In this document: in pieces, positions 40,467-51,979 of the stretch
Position numbering within the stretch: position 1 is the first letter of the stretch
How the letters are laid out: every line of letters starts with the position of its first letter
Program-made: the position numbers and the translations under genes
NCBI GenBank assembly: GCA_963678085.1
Contig: OY782680.1
Coordinates: 2,027,406-2,091,405, forward strand
Length of the DNA stretch: 64,000 nucleotides
DNA from: Aliishimia sp.
Lineage (GTDB): Bacteria; Pseudomonadota; Alphaproteobacteria; Rhodobacterales; Rhodobacteraceae
Direction of reading: 5' to 3'
Notes under the pieces: model-generated
The model's database searches: none
Told to the model about the DNA's origin: nothing
What the model saw: only the letters and a program-made list of their open reading frames with translations

Positions 40467-41219
40467 ATGGCAATACATTCGCATGCAACAAGCGCGGTCC
40501 GGGCTGGACACGCACCTGCCTTTCTTTCCGTGTGGAACATGCACGCCTATTATGGGGAAAGCTACATCGTGCAGGGCGTTTCCTTTGAGGTGCATGAGGG
40601 CGAGATTCTTGCACTTTTGGGCCGGAACGGCGCGGGGAAGACCACGACGCTGCGCTCCATCGCGCGCATGGATGACCCGCAAGTGTCCCAAGGTGAGATC
40701 TGGCTTGATCACAAACCGCTGCACAATATGTCCAGCCACCAGGCCAGCCAAGCGGGTTTGGGCCTTGTGCCCGAAGATCGCTGCATCATCCCAGGCCTGA
40801 CCGTTGAAGAGAATCTCAAACTCGCGCAGATTGCCCCGCCCATCGGCTGGTCCATCGAGCGCCTCTATGATCTCTTCCCACGCCTGGGCGAGCGCCGCAG
40901 CCAAGAAGGTGTCACGCTCTCGGGTGGAGAGCAGCAAATGCTCGCCATCGCCCGCGCCCTTGCCCGCGACATCAAGGTGCTGTTGCTGGATGAGCCTTAT
41001 GAGGGCCTCGCGCCGGTCATCGTTGATGAGATCGAGAAAACGCTTGGCATCATCAAAGAGCAAGGCATCACCACAATCTTGGTCGAGCAAAACGCCGTGC
41101 GCGCCCTGACGCTGGCGGATCGCGCGATCATCCTGGACACTGGCGGGATCGTCTTTGATGGCACTGCGCAAGAGGTTCTTGATGATGCGGAGCTGCGCGC
41201 AGAATATCTCGCAATCTGA
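40467..41219 (+). CDS. HAAT-family ABC transporter ATP-binding protein (LivF-like)
   Basis: Walker A GRNGAGKTT, signature LSGGEQQML, Walker B VLLLDEP. Confidence 0.9.
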   Translation: MAIHSHATSAVRAGHAPAFLSVWNMHAYYGESYIVQGVSFEVHEGEILALLGRNGAGKTTTLRSIARMDDPQVSQGEIWLDHKPLHNMSSHQASQAGLGLVPEDRCIIPGLTVEENLKLAQIAPPIGWSIERLYDLFPRLGERRSQEGVTLSGGEQQMLAIARALARDIKVLLLDEPYEGLAPVIVDEIEKTLGIIKEQGITTILVEQNAVRALTLADRAIILDTGGIVFDGTAQEVLDDAELRAEYLAI

Positions 41220-41246
41220 AACCTAAGCACACAACCAAAAAGAGAA

Positions 41247-41275
41247 GCCAGGGAATTTCCCTGGCTTTTTACATT
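41247..41275 (+). terminator. Rho-independent terminator after the ABC operon
   Basis: AGCCAGGGA-att-TCCCTGGCT (9 bp) followed by TTTTACATTTT. Confidence 0.85.
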
Positions 41276-41387
41276 TTCGGCAGACATGTATTGTAAAGAC
41301 AACACCTTTTCACCATATGAAGCTTGCCGTATAACCCAGCGCTAACATCAGCTCGGACTCAAACGCTCAACCAGGGTGAGGATCTCA

Positions 41388-41882
41388 ATGAACAAAAAAT
41401 CGCATGATGCCGATGTGGCTTTTATCAGCGCTTTAGCAGAGCTTTTGCGAGAAAACGACCTTACCGAATTACAGGTCAAGCGTGAATACGAAGACCAGGG
41501 CAGCCTGAATGTCCGCGTCAGCCGCACTCCGGCCCAAGTGGTGACACAAGTGGCCGCGCCGATTGCCGCTCCAACGCCCGCTGCCCCAGCCGCGCCTCAA
41601 ACCCCAGCAGCTGCCCCATCTGACAGCACAGCCGATCCCGCTGACCATCCCGGCGCAGTAACGTCGCCCATGGTCGGCACCGTTTACATGCAAGCTGAAC
41701 CGGGTGCGCCCGCTTTTGTGAAAGTCGGTGACAGCGTGAGCGAAGGCGATACGATCATGATCGTCGAAGCCATGAAAACCATGAACCACATCCCTGCCCC
41801 GCGCTCCGGCACCGTGAAACGCATCTTGGTCGAAGATGGCACATCGGTCGAATATGGTGCGCCTCTGGTGATCTTGGAATAA
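41388..41882 (+). CDS. accB: Acetyl-CoA carboxylase biotin carboxyl carrier protein
   Basis: Ala/Pro linker and biotinyl-lysine motif [14 protein letters not shown] at 41388 (the ORF-track GTG is 41376). Confidence 0.9.
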   Translation: MNKKSHDADVAFISALAELLRENDLTELQVKREYEDQGSLNVRVSRTPAQVVTQVAAPIAAPTPAAPAAPQTPAAAPSDSTADPADHPGAVTSPMVGTVYMQAEPGAPAFVKVGDSVSEGDTIMIVEAMKTMNHIPAPRSGTVKRILVEDGTSVEYGAPLVILE

Positions 41883-41893
41883 GGCACGGGCTC

Positions 41894-43249
41894 ATGTTCA
41901 ACAAAATCCTCATTGCCAATCGCGGTGAGATCGCCCTGCGCGTTATCCGAGCCGCCCGCGAAATGGGCATTCAAAGCGTTGCCGTGCACTCAACCGCTGA
42001 TTCCGATGCCATGCATGTGCGGATGGCGGATGAGGCGGTCTGCATTGGCCCGCCCGCTTCTGCTGACAGTTATTTGAATTTTCCCGCCATCATCTCGGCC
42101 TGTGAAATCACCGGGGCAGAGGCGATCCACCCCGGCTATGGCTTCCTGAGCGAAAACGCCAATTTCGTGCAGATTGTCGAAGATCACGGCCTGACTTTCA
42201 TCGGCCCCACCGCCGAACATATCCGCGTGATGGGCGATAAAATCACTGCAAAAGACACCATGAAAGAGCTCGGCGTGCCTTGTGTTCCTGGCTCTGATGG
42301 CGGTGTGCCAGATGTTGCTGCGGCCAAGGCGATTGGGGCTCAGTTCGGCTATCCTGTCATCATCAAAGCCACAGCGGGCGGCGGCGGGCGCGGCATGAAA
42401 GTCGCTAATTCCGAGGCGGAGATGGAGCAAGCTTTCCTCACCGCCCGCGCCGAAGGCAAGGCCGCCTTTGGCAATGATGAGGTCTATATCGAAAAATATC
42501 TGCAAAAGCCGCGCCATATCGAAATCCAGGTTTTTGGCGATGGCAAAGGCAAAGCTGTGCATCTGGGCGAGCGCGATTGCTCTTTGCAGCGCCGCCACCA
42601 AAAGGTGTTTGAAGAGGCCCCCGGCCCCGCGATCTCTCCTGAAGAGCGTGCACGCATTGGCAAAATCTGCGCGGATGCGGTTGCGAAAATCAACTATATC
42701 GGGGCGGGCACCATCGAATTCCTCTATGAGGATGGGGAGTTCTATTTCATCGAAATGAATACCCGCTTACAGGTCGAACACCCTGTGACCGAAGGTATCT
42801 TTGGCGTAGATCTTGTGCGTGAACAAATCCGCGTCGCCTCTGGCCTGCCTATGTCTTTTGCCCAAGACGATCTTGAAATTAACGGCCACGCAATCGAAGT
42901 GCGCATCAACGCCGAAACCTTCCCCGGATTTGCGCCGCGCCCCGGCAAAATCACGCAATACCATGCACCCGGCGGGCTTGGCGTGCGGATGGATAGCGCG
43001 CTTTATGATGGCTATTCGATCCCGCCTTATTACGACAGCCTGATTGCAAAGCTGATCGTGCAAGGCCGTGATCGCCCCGAAGCACTGGCCCGGCTTAGCC
43101 GCGCCTTGGGCGAGCTGATCGTAGATGGCGTTGAAACCACCGTGCCCTTGTTCCATGAGCTGTTGCAAGAACGCGATATCCATACCGGAGATTATAACAT
43201 CCACTGGCTGGAACGCTGGCTTGAGCAGCTGGACAAGCAAGAGACGTGA
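41894..43249 (+). CDS. accC: Acetyl-CoA carboxylase biotin carboxylase
   Basis: 451 aa. [20 protein letters not shown].., ATP-grasp core. Confidence 0.97.
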   Translation: MFNKILIANRGEIALRVIRAAREMGIQSVAVHSTADSDAMHVRMADEAVCIGPPASADSYLNFPAIISACEITGAEAIHPGYGFLSENANFVQIVEDHGLTFIGPTAEHIRVMGDKITAKDTMKELGVPCVPGSDGGVPDVAAAKAIGAQFGYPVIIKATAGGGGRGMKVANSEAEMEQAFLTARAEGKAAFGNDEVYIEKYLQKPRHIEIQVFGDGKGKAVHLGERDCSLQRRHQKVFEEAPGPAISPEERARIGKICADAVAKINYIGAGTIEFLYEDGEFYFIEMNTRLQVEHPVTEGIFGVDLVREQIRVASGLPMSFAQDDLEINGHAIEVRINAETFPGFAPRPGKITQYHAPGGLGVRMDSALYDGYSIPPYYDSLIAKLIVQGRDRPEALARLSRALGELIVDGVETTVPLFHELLQERDIHTGDYNIHWLERWLEQLDKQET

Positions 43250-43905
43250 CGCAGGCTCTCTCCTCATCAGAGGTTGACATCAGCCCCGAAATTCTGCTGC
43301 ACGCCTATAGTTTGGGCGTGTTTCCCATGGCAGAGCATCGCGATGATCCCGATATTTTCTGGGTCGACCCAAAGCAGCGGGGCGTGTTGCCACTTGAGCA
43401 GTTTCATATCTCGCGCTCCTTAAAGCGACGCATGCAAAAACCTGACTTGCGCGCCACGATGAACAAGAATTTCACTGCGGTTCTCATGGCTTGCGCGGCG
43501 CGCAGCGAGACTTGGATCAACGCGGAAATCGCGGATCTTTACACCCAGCTGCATTTTGCCGGGCACGCGCATTCGGTCGAAATCTGGTATGGGGAGGATC
43601 TGGCCGGAGGGGTCTATGGCGTGTCGCTTGGCTCCGTTTTTTTCGGGGAAAGCATGTTTTCAAACCAAGTGAATGGTTCGAAAATCGCGCTGGCGGTGCT
43701 GACGCGTCATCTGCTCGATTGTGGATATACCCTGTTTGACACGCAATTTATTAGCCCGCATCTTGCGAGCCTTGGGGCGATTGAGATCCCCCGCGCCGAA
43801 TATCAAAAACAGCTAAAGGCCGCCCTGGGACGACATTGCCGTATGGATCTGTTGCCGCTTTTGCAACCTCAGGACGTCATACAGCGCATGACCCAGATAT
43901 CATAA
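43246..43905 (+). CDS. aat: Leucyl/phenylalanyl-tRNA--protein transferase
   Basis: ..[14 protein letters not shown].. , ..GESMFS.. motifs. ATGA-type overlap with accC. Confidence 0.9.
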   Translation: MTQALSSSEVDISPEILLHAYSLGVFPMAEHRDDPDIFWVDPKQRGVLPLEQFHISRSLKRRMQKPDLRATMNKNFTAVLMACAARSETWINAEIADLYTQLHFAGHAHSVEIWYGEDLAGGVYGVSLGSVFFGESMFSNQVNGSKIALAVLTRHLLDCGYTLFDTQFISPHLASLGAIEIPRAEYQKQLKAALGRHCRMDLLPLLQPQDVIQRMTQIS

Positions 43906-44231
43906 CGCCGGTGATCAAGCGCATTTAGGGCGGGTGAGCTCGCAATCATCCAGCCGGAAAATACCTGCGCTTTTCGATCCAGATCCGTGACAATAAGCTG
44001 CGTATAGGCATCGCCGGACGGGTTGCCCGCCGGGTAGCGGCAGTCGGTCACGGAGATGATCAGCCGACCATAAGTTGTCTCATCCCCCGAAGGAATTTCA
44101 AGATCGGTTGTCTCCCCCGATACCTTGTCCAAAACGCGCAAAAGCGCACCGCTGCCCGAACTGACCTGTTCTTGGGCCATGCTCGGATGCGCAAACATCA
44201 TCCCGCACGCGAGCAGCGGCCAGAGCTTCAT
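43869..44231 (-). CDS. DUF2155 domain protein (periplasmic)
   Basis: 120 aa, signal peptide ..PSMAQE. ..LRVLDKVSGETTDLEIP.. pattern. Sits downstream of mlaD as in many alphaproteobacteria. The 3' end overlaps aat by 37 nt (convergent). Confidence 0.65.
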   Translation of the reverse strand: MKLWPLLACGMMFAHPSMAQEQVSSGSGALLRVLDKVSGETTDLEIPSGDETTYGRLIISVTDCRYPAGNPSGDAYTQLIVTDLDRKAQVFSGWMIASSPALNALDHRRYDIWVMRCMTS

Positions 44232-44674
44232 GACTCGCCCCCGCCAGCGAATTTCAGCAAGAGCGAGATCAGGCTTACAGCGCCTTGTGTGTCGGTAATC
44301 TCATCGCCGTCTTCAAAGAAAAATGGGGAGCCGCCCGGCACGATTTCAACAAAATTCCCGCCCAAAAGCCCCTCTGACGAGATGATGATCGCACTGTCAT
44401 CGGGTAATTGCACCGTCTGGTCGAAAGACATCACGGCATCTGCGCGATAGGTGTCCCCGTTCAACTGAATATTGGTGACGCGCCCGACCTTAACGCCGGC
44501 GAGCCGGATATCCGAGCCGATGGAAATCCCCTCGATTGAGCGGAATGACGCGCTCAAACTATAGCTATTTCCTTGGCTCGACAGTCCCGCGAGGTTGATC
44601 GCGTAGATCAAAAACCCAGTTGCGGCGGCAAGAACAGCGCCGCCAGTCACTATTTCCGTTACACGTTGAGACAC
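44228..44674 (-). CDS. mlaD: MlaD/MCE-domain outer-membrane lipid asymmetry protein
   Basis: 148 aa, N-terminal TM helix plus MCE domain (..GSDIRLAGVKVGRVT..). Confidence 0.75.
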   Translation of the reverse strand: MSQRVTEIVTGGAVLAAATGFLIYAINLAGLSSQGNSYSLSASFRSIEGISIGSDIRLAGVKVGRVTNIQLNGDTYRADAVMSFDQTVQLPDDSAIIISSEGLLGGNFVEIVPGGSPFFFEDGDEITDTQGAVSLISLLLKFAGGGES

Positions 44675-44680
44675 TGCGCG

Positions 44681-45058
44681 CTACTCCGGGCTCCAGGCCT
44701 CGTAATCTTGGCGCGGTGCGGAAGACATTTGACGCAAGGAACCTGCGGGCGCATAAGCCAGCGCGGTTCCCGTGAGATTTTCCTGATGCGGCTTTTGCCA
44801 TGCCCGTGTTTTCAAGGGCTTATCTGCCGGGGTTTCATCCCAGGTATAATGCAGCCAACCATGCCACTGAGGGCTTATCTTGCTTGCCTCGATCTCACCA
44901 TTATAGATGACCCAGCGCTTTTTATCGTCGGATGTGCGATAAAAGATATTGCCTTGATCATCCTCGCCCACTTTTACCCCGTTGCGCCACGTCCAAAACT
45001 GCGTGTTCAGAGTTTGGCCATCCCACCAAGTAAATAGTCTTAAGATGCGCTCTAACAT
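44681..45058 (-). CDS. NDUFA12-like (NADH:ubiquinone oxidoreductase subunit 17.2 homolog) protein
   Basis: 125 aa. ..RRWVIYNG..EASKISPQWHGWLHYT.. is typical of NDUFA12 homologs of alphaproteobacteria. Confidence 0.8.
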   Translation of the reverse strand: MLERILRLFTWWDGQTLNTQFWTWRNGVKVGEDDQGNIFYRTSDDKKRWVIYNGEIEASKISPQWHGWLHYTWDETPADKPLKTRAWQKPHQENLTGTALAYAPAGSLRQMSSAPRQDYEAWSPE

Positions 45059-45092
45059 CCTTGCTCCACTTCGTTATTGCAGCGAATGAAGG

Positions 45093-45464
45093 TCACGGCA
45101 GAACCGCGGTCACCTCTATTTCGATACGAAACTTTGGGTCAATCAACCCACATTCAATCATGGTTGCCGCTGGCGGGTTTTCGCCAAAGCACTCCGTCAA
45201 GATGGGAAAACACGGCTCGAATTCGTGGCGGTCGGGCAACATATAGGTCACGCGCACCACATGGGCCATATCGGTCCCGGCCTTTTCAAGCGCGTCGCGA
45301 ATAATGTCCAAGGCAGAGCGGCATTGCTCTGTGACGGTCTCGCCCTGCCCCACGGTTCCGGCCACATGTACAAAACCGCCCGCGACCACGGCGCGGCAAT
45401 AGCCCACTTTGGCTTCAAATTCCCCGCCAGAGAAGATACGCGTGATCATCTGATACCTCTTCAA
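45093..45464 (-). CDS. RidA/YjgF-family protein
   Basis: ~120 aa. ..VAGTVG.., ..PAATMIE.. and a C-terminal ..IEIEVTAVL YjgF pattern. An alternative start lies 5 codons in. Confidence 0.8.
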   Translation of the reverse strand: MKRYQMITRIFSGGEFEAKVGYCRAVVAGGFVHVAGTVGQGETVTEQCRSALDIIRDALEKAGTDMAHVVRVTYMLPDRHEFEPCFPILTECFGENPPAATMIECGLIDPKFRIEIEVTAVLP

Positions 45465-45469
45465 TTAGT

Positions 45470-46735
45470 TTAACCGGCAGAGGCCTCTTCGGGCTCTGCA
45501 TCGGCATGGATCATGAGCGGCGCGGCTCCAGACGTGACCGCCTCTTCATTCACCACGACCTCTTTCACGCTCTCCATTCCTGGCAGATCAAACATCGTGT
45601 CCAGCAGGATATCTTCCAAGATCGAGCGCAGGCCCCGCGCGCCGGTTTTACGTTCAATCGCGCGTTTTGCGATCGCTTGCAGCGCCTCTGGTGTGAAGGT
45701 CAGCGCGGCTTCTTCCAGCTCGAACAGGCGTTGATATTGCTTGATCAGGGCGTTTTTCGGCTCGGTCAGGATGGTGACAAGCGCGTCTTGATCCAGATCT
45801 TCGAGCGTCGCGAGCACGGGCAAACGGCCCACAAATTCAGGGATCAGCCCGAATTTTAGCAGATCCTCTGGCTCAAGTTCTTTGAACAGATCACCCACGC
45901 CACGATCATCCTCATCGCGCACATCTGCGCCAAAGCCCATCGCTGAGCCCTTGCCACGCTGGGCGATGATTTTATCCAGCCCCGCAAAGGCCCCGCCGCA
46001 GATGAATAGAATGTTGGTTGTATCGACCTGCAAAAACTCTTGCTGGGGATGCTTGCGCCCGCCTTGGGGCGGCACGGAGGCCACGGTGCCCTCCATCAGC
46101 TTAAGCAAAGCTTGCTGCACGCCCTCGCCGGAAACATCCCGTGTGATCGAGGGATTTTCCGATTTGCGGGTGATTTTATCAACCTCGTCGATATAGACGA
46201 TGCCGCGCTGCGCACGCTCTACGTTATATTCGGAGGCTTGCAGCAATTTGAGGATGATATTTTCGACATCCTCACCCACATACCCCGCCTCGGTCAAGGT
46301 CGTCGCATCGGCCATGGTAAAAGGCACATCCAAGATGCGCGCCAGCGTCTGCGCAAGGAGCGTTTTTCCGCACCCCGTTGGACCCATCAGCAAGATATTG
46401 GATTTGGCGAGTTCGATATCCCCGTCTTTTTGCGCATGATTCAGGCGTTTGTAATGGTTATGCACCGCGACCGAGAGCACGCGTTTGGCAGTGGCCTGTC
46501 CGATCACATAGTCATCGAGCACATTGCAAATATCTTGCGGTGTGGGCACGCCATCGGTGGATTTTAAGCCAGAAGCCTTTGTCTCTTCGCGAATAATGTC
46601 CATGCAAAGTTCAACGCATTCATCACAGATAAACACGGTTGGCCCTGCTATGAGCTTGCGCACCTCATGCTGGCTCTTGCCGCAAAAGCTGCAATACAAG
46701 GTGTTTTTGCTATCGCCGCCTGAATTATTTGCCAT
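45470..46735 (-). CDS. clpX: ATP-dependent Clp protease ATP-binding subunit ClpX
   Basis: Zn-finger [15 protein letters not shown], Walker [17 protein letters not shown]. Confidence 0.97.
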   Translation of the reverse strand: MANNSGGDSKNTLYCSFCGKSQHEVRKLIAGPTVFICDECVELCMDIIREETKASGLKSTDGVPTPQDICNVLDDYVIGQATAKRVLSVAVHNHYKRLNHAQKDGDIELAKSNILLMGPTGCGKTLLAQTLARILDVPFTMADATTLTEAGYVGEDVENIILKLLQASEYNVERAQRGIVYIDEVDKITRKSENPSITRDVSGEGVQQALLKLMEGTVASVPPQGGRKHPQQEFLQVDTTNILFICGGAFAGLDKIIAQRGKGSAMGFGADVRDEDDRGVGDLFKELEPEDLLKFGLIPEFVGRLPVLATLEDLDQDALVTILTEPKNALIKQYQRLFELEEAALTFTPEALQAIAKRAIERKTGARGLRSILEDILLDTMFDLPGMESVKEVVVNEEAVTSGAAPLMIHADAEPEEASAG

Positions 46736-46894
46736 CTTTTCCTTTCACGCCCAAGTGGATCCTCGTCACCTCTTGAGCTCTCAATCTAGCACATCCCTGC
46801 GCTGCTGCACCCCGTACACAGTTGTATCTCCCTGTCTAGGCGTTTGTGCGGGGCGCAACAACCTCAAAATGTTCTAGGTTTCATACCTGTTACA

Positions 46895-47524
46895 TTAACT
46901 CTCCGCATCGTCATCTTTGACGCGGTTTTCAACGATTTCATCAATCAGACCCCAATCTTTCGCCTCTTCGGGGCTCATGAAGTTGTCCCGCTCCAGCGCG
47001 GCCTCCACATCTGAAAGCTCATTGCCGGTATGCTTCACGTAAATTTCATTGAGCCGGGTTTTCAGTTTCTGCGTTTCTTGGGCATGAATCATGATGTCGG
47101 TGGCCTGACCTTGATAGCCGCCCGAGGGCTGGTGCACCATCACGCGCGAGTTGGGCAGGGAATAACGCATGCCTTTCTCACCGGCGGTCAGCAAGAGCGA
47201 TCCCATGGAGGCCGCCTGCCCGATTACCAAGGTTGACACTTTGGGTTTGATATATTGCATCGTATCGTAAATCGACAGGCCCGAGGTCACAACGCCGCCG
47301 GGGCTATTGATATACATGGAAATATCTTTGGAGGGATTTTCGGCCTCAAGATGCAAAAGCTGCGCCACGATCAGCGAAGACATGCCATCATGTACGGGGC
47401 CGTTGAGGAAAATAATGCGCTCTTTCAGCAGGCGCGAGAAAATATCATAGGCGCGTTCCCCGCGCGAGGTTTGCTCCACCACCATGGGAACAAGGTTCAT
47501 ATAGGTTTCAACAGGGTCTTTCAT
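46895..47524 (-). CDS. clpP: ATP-dependent Clp protease proteolytic subunit ClpP
   Basis: 209 aa from [33 protein letters not shown]... Catalytic GQAASMG and MVHQPSGG. The upstream 28 codons of the ORF were discarded. Confidence 0.95.
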   Translation of the reverse strand: MKDPVETYMNLVPMVVEQTSRGERAYDIFSRLLKERIIFLNGPVHDGMSSLIVAQLLHLEAENPSKDISMYINSPGGVVTSGLSIYDTMQYIKPKVSTLVIGQAASMGSLLLTAGEKGMRYSLPNSRVMVHQPSGGYQGQATDIMIHAQETQKLKTRLNEIYVKHTGNELSDVEAALERDNFMSPEEAKDWGLIDEIVENRVKDDDAES

Positions 47525-47709
47525 CGCGACTGCCTCATCACTGTAGTCTCGACACCATAGCCGAGAGGTTATGAACATAGTCTTAGTATTGAGCGCCGCT
47601 GGCTGCAAGGGGCGTACCCGTTTAACGTGTCACTGCAGTTAACGTAGCGTTTGCTCTTGCCGGCGGCGCTTTTGCGGCTCAGGGTGCGGGGAAATTAAGG
47701 GAGGATTTC

Positions 47710-48462
47710 ATGACGCTTTCAGGAAAACATGCGCTTGTGACCGGGGGTGGCACCGGCATTGGGCTTGCGATTGCGCGCGATTTGGTCGCAGCGGGCGCGC
47801 AGGTCACGATCACGGGCCGGCGGCAAGAGGTGCTGGACGCGGTCGCAACACAGGGCATGACCGGCATGGCGATGGATGTGCGCGATGAGGAGAGCATAGT
47901 GGACACGATTGCCGCAGCGAGCGCGGCGCGCGGTCCGATCCAGATTTGCGTTGCCAATGCGGGAATCGCGGAAGGCAAGAGCCTAATGAAGATGGACCTG
48001 GCGTTTTGGCGCAATATGATGTCCACCAATCTTGATGGCGCGTTCCTCACCATCCGCGAAAGCATGCGATCCATGACAGAAACAGATTGGGGGCGCGTAA
48101 TCACTGTGGCGTCAATCGCGGGTCTGCGCGGGCTTCCGGGTGCGCCTTGCTATAGCGCCTCCAAGCATGGGCTTATTGGTCTGACGCGCGCGCTGAGCGA
48201 AGATTTCATGGGCAAGCCCTACACGTTTAATGCCATTTGCCCGGCCTATGTTGATACTCCGATTGTCGAACGCAACACCACCTCTATCGCGCAGCGCGCC
48301 GGGATGAGCGAAGAAGATGCACGGCAAACGATGGTGAAAGTCAACAGGCATCGCCGGCTCATTGCACCCGAAGAGGTATCTGCCGCGGCGATGTGGCTGG
48401 TGGGGCCAAACTCGGGCAGCGTTAACGGTCAATCTATCGAGATCGCGGGCGGTCAGATGTAG
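47710..48462 (+). CDS. Short-chain dehydrogenase/reductase (SDR) family oxidoreductase
   Basis: TGGGTGIG cofactor motif, NAG, catalytic YSASKHG. Confidence 0.85.
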   Translation: MTLSGKHALVTGGGTGIGLAIARDLVAAGAQVTITGRRQEVLDAVATQGMTGMAMDVRDEESIVDTIAAASAARGPIQICVANAGIAEGKSLMKMDLAFWRNMMSTNLDGAFLTIRESMRSMTETDWGRVITVASIAGLRGLPGAPCYSASKHGLIGLTRALSEDFMGKPYTFNAICPAYVDTPIVERNTTSIAQRAGMSEEDARQTMVKVNRHRRLIAPEEVSAAAMWLVGPNSGSVNGQSIEIAGGQM

Positions 48463-48485
48463 GAGCTTGTTGTGGTGACAAGAAC

Positions 48486-48516
48486 GAAAAGCCCCCGCAC
48501 AGAGCGAGGGCTTTGA
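48486..48516. terminator. Bidirectional terminator between convergent SDR gene and ilvC
   Basis: AAAA-AGCCCCCGC-acaga-GCGAGGGCT-TTG. 9-bp stem (one G-U) with a T-run on the minus-strand side. Confidence 0.7.
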
Positions 48517-48536
48517 TATCGCTTTGAGATAAGACC

Positions 48537-49580
<1,044 letters not shown>

Positions 49581-49704
49581 TCATGCAAGTTGAATGGCGC
49601 GCAGTTTATGTGGAATGGGCTCATTATGATTGCATTTTGTGAGAATATTCGAGAAAACTGCAATAAGTGATACATAGTTTTCTGTAAATATGGAGATTTA
49701 ATTC

Positions 49705-50235
49705 GTGAGATCTGTTCGATTTTGGCTCTTTCTGGTACTGGTCGCGGGGGTTTTCTATATCGGCATGCGCTATAATAATGCGCTGCACCGGCATGATGGG
49801 CTTTGGGTGCGTGATACGGTTATGGATGGCAGAGAGAGAGCGTGCCAGCAGTCACAACACGGGACAATCGCTCCGGGTGTGATGCAAATCCGTGGAACGC
49901 GCGTTGCGTTCGAAGACAGCACTTGCCGGGGCAGTTGGTTCTATCCTCTGAGGGATCGTATTGGTCAAGTGATGGGTTGGAACAGCAAGATGGCCTATCG
50001 GGCTGTTGCATTTACCTGCCAGGGACGAGGCGAAGGGGCCACACCGAACATGGTTTATTTCAGCTTAGACAGCCAAGGGGGGCGGCTTCAGAGTACGAGC
50101 TATCTGTTTGATGGGGTGTCGCGAAGTGGTCAGTCAAACGGGCCTTTTGACGGTTCTATCTGGGAGACCTACCCCAAGGATTTCACCCCGATTCGAGCAC
50201 ATGCGTCCTATATGCGCTGTGCTGAGACGCAATGA
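49705..50235 (+). CDS. Hypothetical membrane-anchored/exported Cys-containing protein
   Basis: 176 aa, GTG start, N-terminal hydrophobic helix, 5 Cys. Its stop overlaps the start of the next gene (ATGA). Confidence 0.45.
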   Translation: MRSVRFWLFLVLVAGVFYIGMRYNNALHRHDGLWVRDTVMDGRERACQQSQHGTIAPGVMQIRGTRVAFEDSTCRGSWFYPLRDRIGQVMGWNSKMAYRAVAFTCQGRGEGATPNMVYFSLDSQGGRLQSTSYLFDGVSRSGQSNGPFDGSIWETYPKDFTPIRAHASYMRCAETQ

Positions 50236-50693
50236 AACAACTCGACGACACGGATCGGCGGATCTTGCGCCAATATCAAGCCGCGCCGGAGATCGCCATG
50301 TCAGAGCTGGCGGAGCGCGCGGGGGTTACGGCCTCGACGCTCACACGGCGGCTAGAGCGGCTTCGCGAGACTGGTGTTCTAAAGGGCGTGCGCGGGGTCA
50401 TCCATTGGCCTGCTTTGGGCTATGAGGTGGAGGTTTCGTTGCGTGTCACACTCGATAAAACCCAGCCCCGCGCCTTTGAGGCCTTTATCGCTGCGGCGCG
50501 CGAGGTGCCAGAGGTGCTGGAGATCCAGACCTTCTTGGGGCAAGTGGATGTGCGATTGTCGGTGATTGCCCGCGATATGGCGCATTACCAGCAAATCTAC
50601 CGTGAAAAGCTGCTGATTTTGCCCCATATTTCCGATGTTGAAGCGCTCATGCATGTGGCGCGGGTGCATGCGAGCGAAGCCCTGCCGCTATGA
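50232..50693 (+). CDS. Lrp/AsnC-family transcriptional regulator
   Basis: LDDTDRRILRQYQ.. HTH plus a RAM/ACT-like C-domain. Confidence 0.85.
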   Translation: MKQLDDTDRRILRQYQAAPEIAMSELAERAGVTASTLTRRLERLRETGVLKGVRGVIHWPALGYEVEVSLRVTLDKTQPRAFEAFIAAAREVPEVLEIQTFLGQVDVRLSVIARDMAHYQQIYREKLLILPHISDVEALMHVARVHASEALPL

Positions 50694-51163
50694 TCGCACT
50701 TGATGATATAGACCGCGCATTGCTGCGCGCGCTGGAAAGGGATGCGAATGCGTCGGCGCGCGCGCTTGGGCGAGAGTTTGGCCTATCGCAGCCTGCCTGT
50801 TGGCGGCGTATCCGGCGGCTGCGCGATGCCGGTATCATAAGCGGCGCGCGGCTGGATGTGGACACCGGCGCGCTTGGCTTTGGCGTGACGGTGTTTCTTG
50901 GGATCAAGCTGGCCACCAAGGGCCGTGTGAGCCTTGAAGATTTTGAACGCGCCGCCCGCGCCATTCCAGAGGTGCAAACCATCGAATATGTGCTGGGGCG
51001 CTATGATTACCGCCTGCGTGTCGTGGCGCGCGATCTGCCCGATTTCGAACGCGTCCTACGCCGTCGTATCATGTCCCTGCCCGGCGCTGGTGAGGTGGAA
51101 GCCAATGTGCTGCTTAGCGAAGAGCGCAGGCCCGGCCCCTTGGGCGCAATCAGCGAAAGTTAG
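50690..51163 (+). CDS. Lrp/AsnC-family transcriptional regulator
   Basis: LDDIDRALLRALERDANAS.. HTH plus a RAM domain. ATGA overlap with the preceding Lrp gene. Confidence 0.85.
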   Translation: MIALDDIDRALLRALERDANASARALGREFGLSQPACWRRIRRLRDAGIISGARLDVDTGALGFGVTVFLGIKLATKGRVSLEDFERAARAIPEVQTIEYVLGRYDYRLRVVARDLPDFERVLRRRIMSLPGAGEVEANVLLSEERRPGPLGAISES

Positions 51164-51216
51164 GCAGATCTTTACATGTTGCGTATATCTTAGCCCTGCG
51201 GCAGGGAGATTGTGCG

Positions 51217-51972
51217 TTGTTTGGGAAAAAAATTTCGCATCTATTGGAGGTTCGCAACCTTAGGCGCGTGTTTGCCTTTTCGATTCTCGGCACAACATTC
51301 TGCATGATGGCCACAATGGTTCATGTTAGCGTCAACTATCCCCCTGAGCTACAGCCGTTTGTGCGCGGCAGGGCGACCGCAATGACGCTGCTTGTGGCGT
51401 TTCCCATGTTATTTGCGGTGAATTATTTGATGCTCTTGAACTGGCGCCTGTCCAATGAGCTGCGCCGCTTGGTCAATCGTGACCGGCTGACCAATGTTGC
51501 CACGCGCGATTTTTTCTTTCAGATAATGGAAGATAAGCCCGAGCAATATGGCGTGTCCCTGATGGTGGATATTGATCATTTCAAACGCGTAAATGACACC
51601 TATGGCCACTTGGCAGGCGATGCCGCAATCGCCCATGTTGCAGCTATTTTGCAGGCGCAAGTCGGCCCGCAAGATATCGTGTGCCGCTTTGGCGGTGAGG
51701 AATTCATCATCTTCCTCGCCAGCTCTTGCCTGAAAGACGCGCAAGCAACCGCCGAAGCTCTCAGGGCCGGTGTCGAGGCTGCGGTCGTTCATACAGAGGG
51801 GCAGTCGTTGCAGATCACTATTTCAATCGGTGGCTCACTCTGCGCCCAAGCAAAAGACATTGAAAACGCCATTCGTCAGGCGGATGAGGCGCTTTACCAA
51901 GCTAAAAACGGTGGACGCAATCAGGTGGTCATGGCCGCGTCACCTGCGGCCGAGCCGGTTCGCATGCGCTAG
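51217..51972 (+). CDS. Membrane-anchored diguanylate cyclase (GGDEF)
   Basis: Two N-terminal TM helices, then D.DHFKRVND and RFGGEEF active-site motifs. TTG start as in the ORF track, uncertain. Confidence 0.85.
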   Translation: MFGKKISHLLEVRNLRRVFAFSILGTTFCMMATMVHVSVNYPPELQPFVRGRATAMTLLVAFPMLFAVNYLMLLNWRLSNELRRLVNRDRLTNVATRDFFFQIMEDKPEQYGVSLMVDIDHFKRVNDTYGHLAGDAAIAHVAAILQAQVGPQDIVCRFGGEEFIIFLASSCLKDAQATAEALRAGVEAAVVHTEGQSLQITISIGGSLCAQAKDIENAIRQADEALYQAKNGGRNQVVMAASPAAEPVRMR

Positions 51973-51979
51973 ACATGAG

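Noticed and set aside
40137-41171. 344-aa minus-strand ORF
   Set aside because: It is antisense to the two ABC ATPase genes, which have clear Walker and signature motifs. It has no motifs of its own.
47582-47609. Sigma32-like CCCTTGCA upstream of clpP
   Set aside because: The -35-like element is good, but no acceptable CCCCAT-type -10 lies at a proper distance. Evidence is insufficient.
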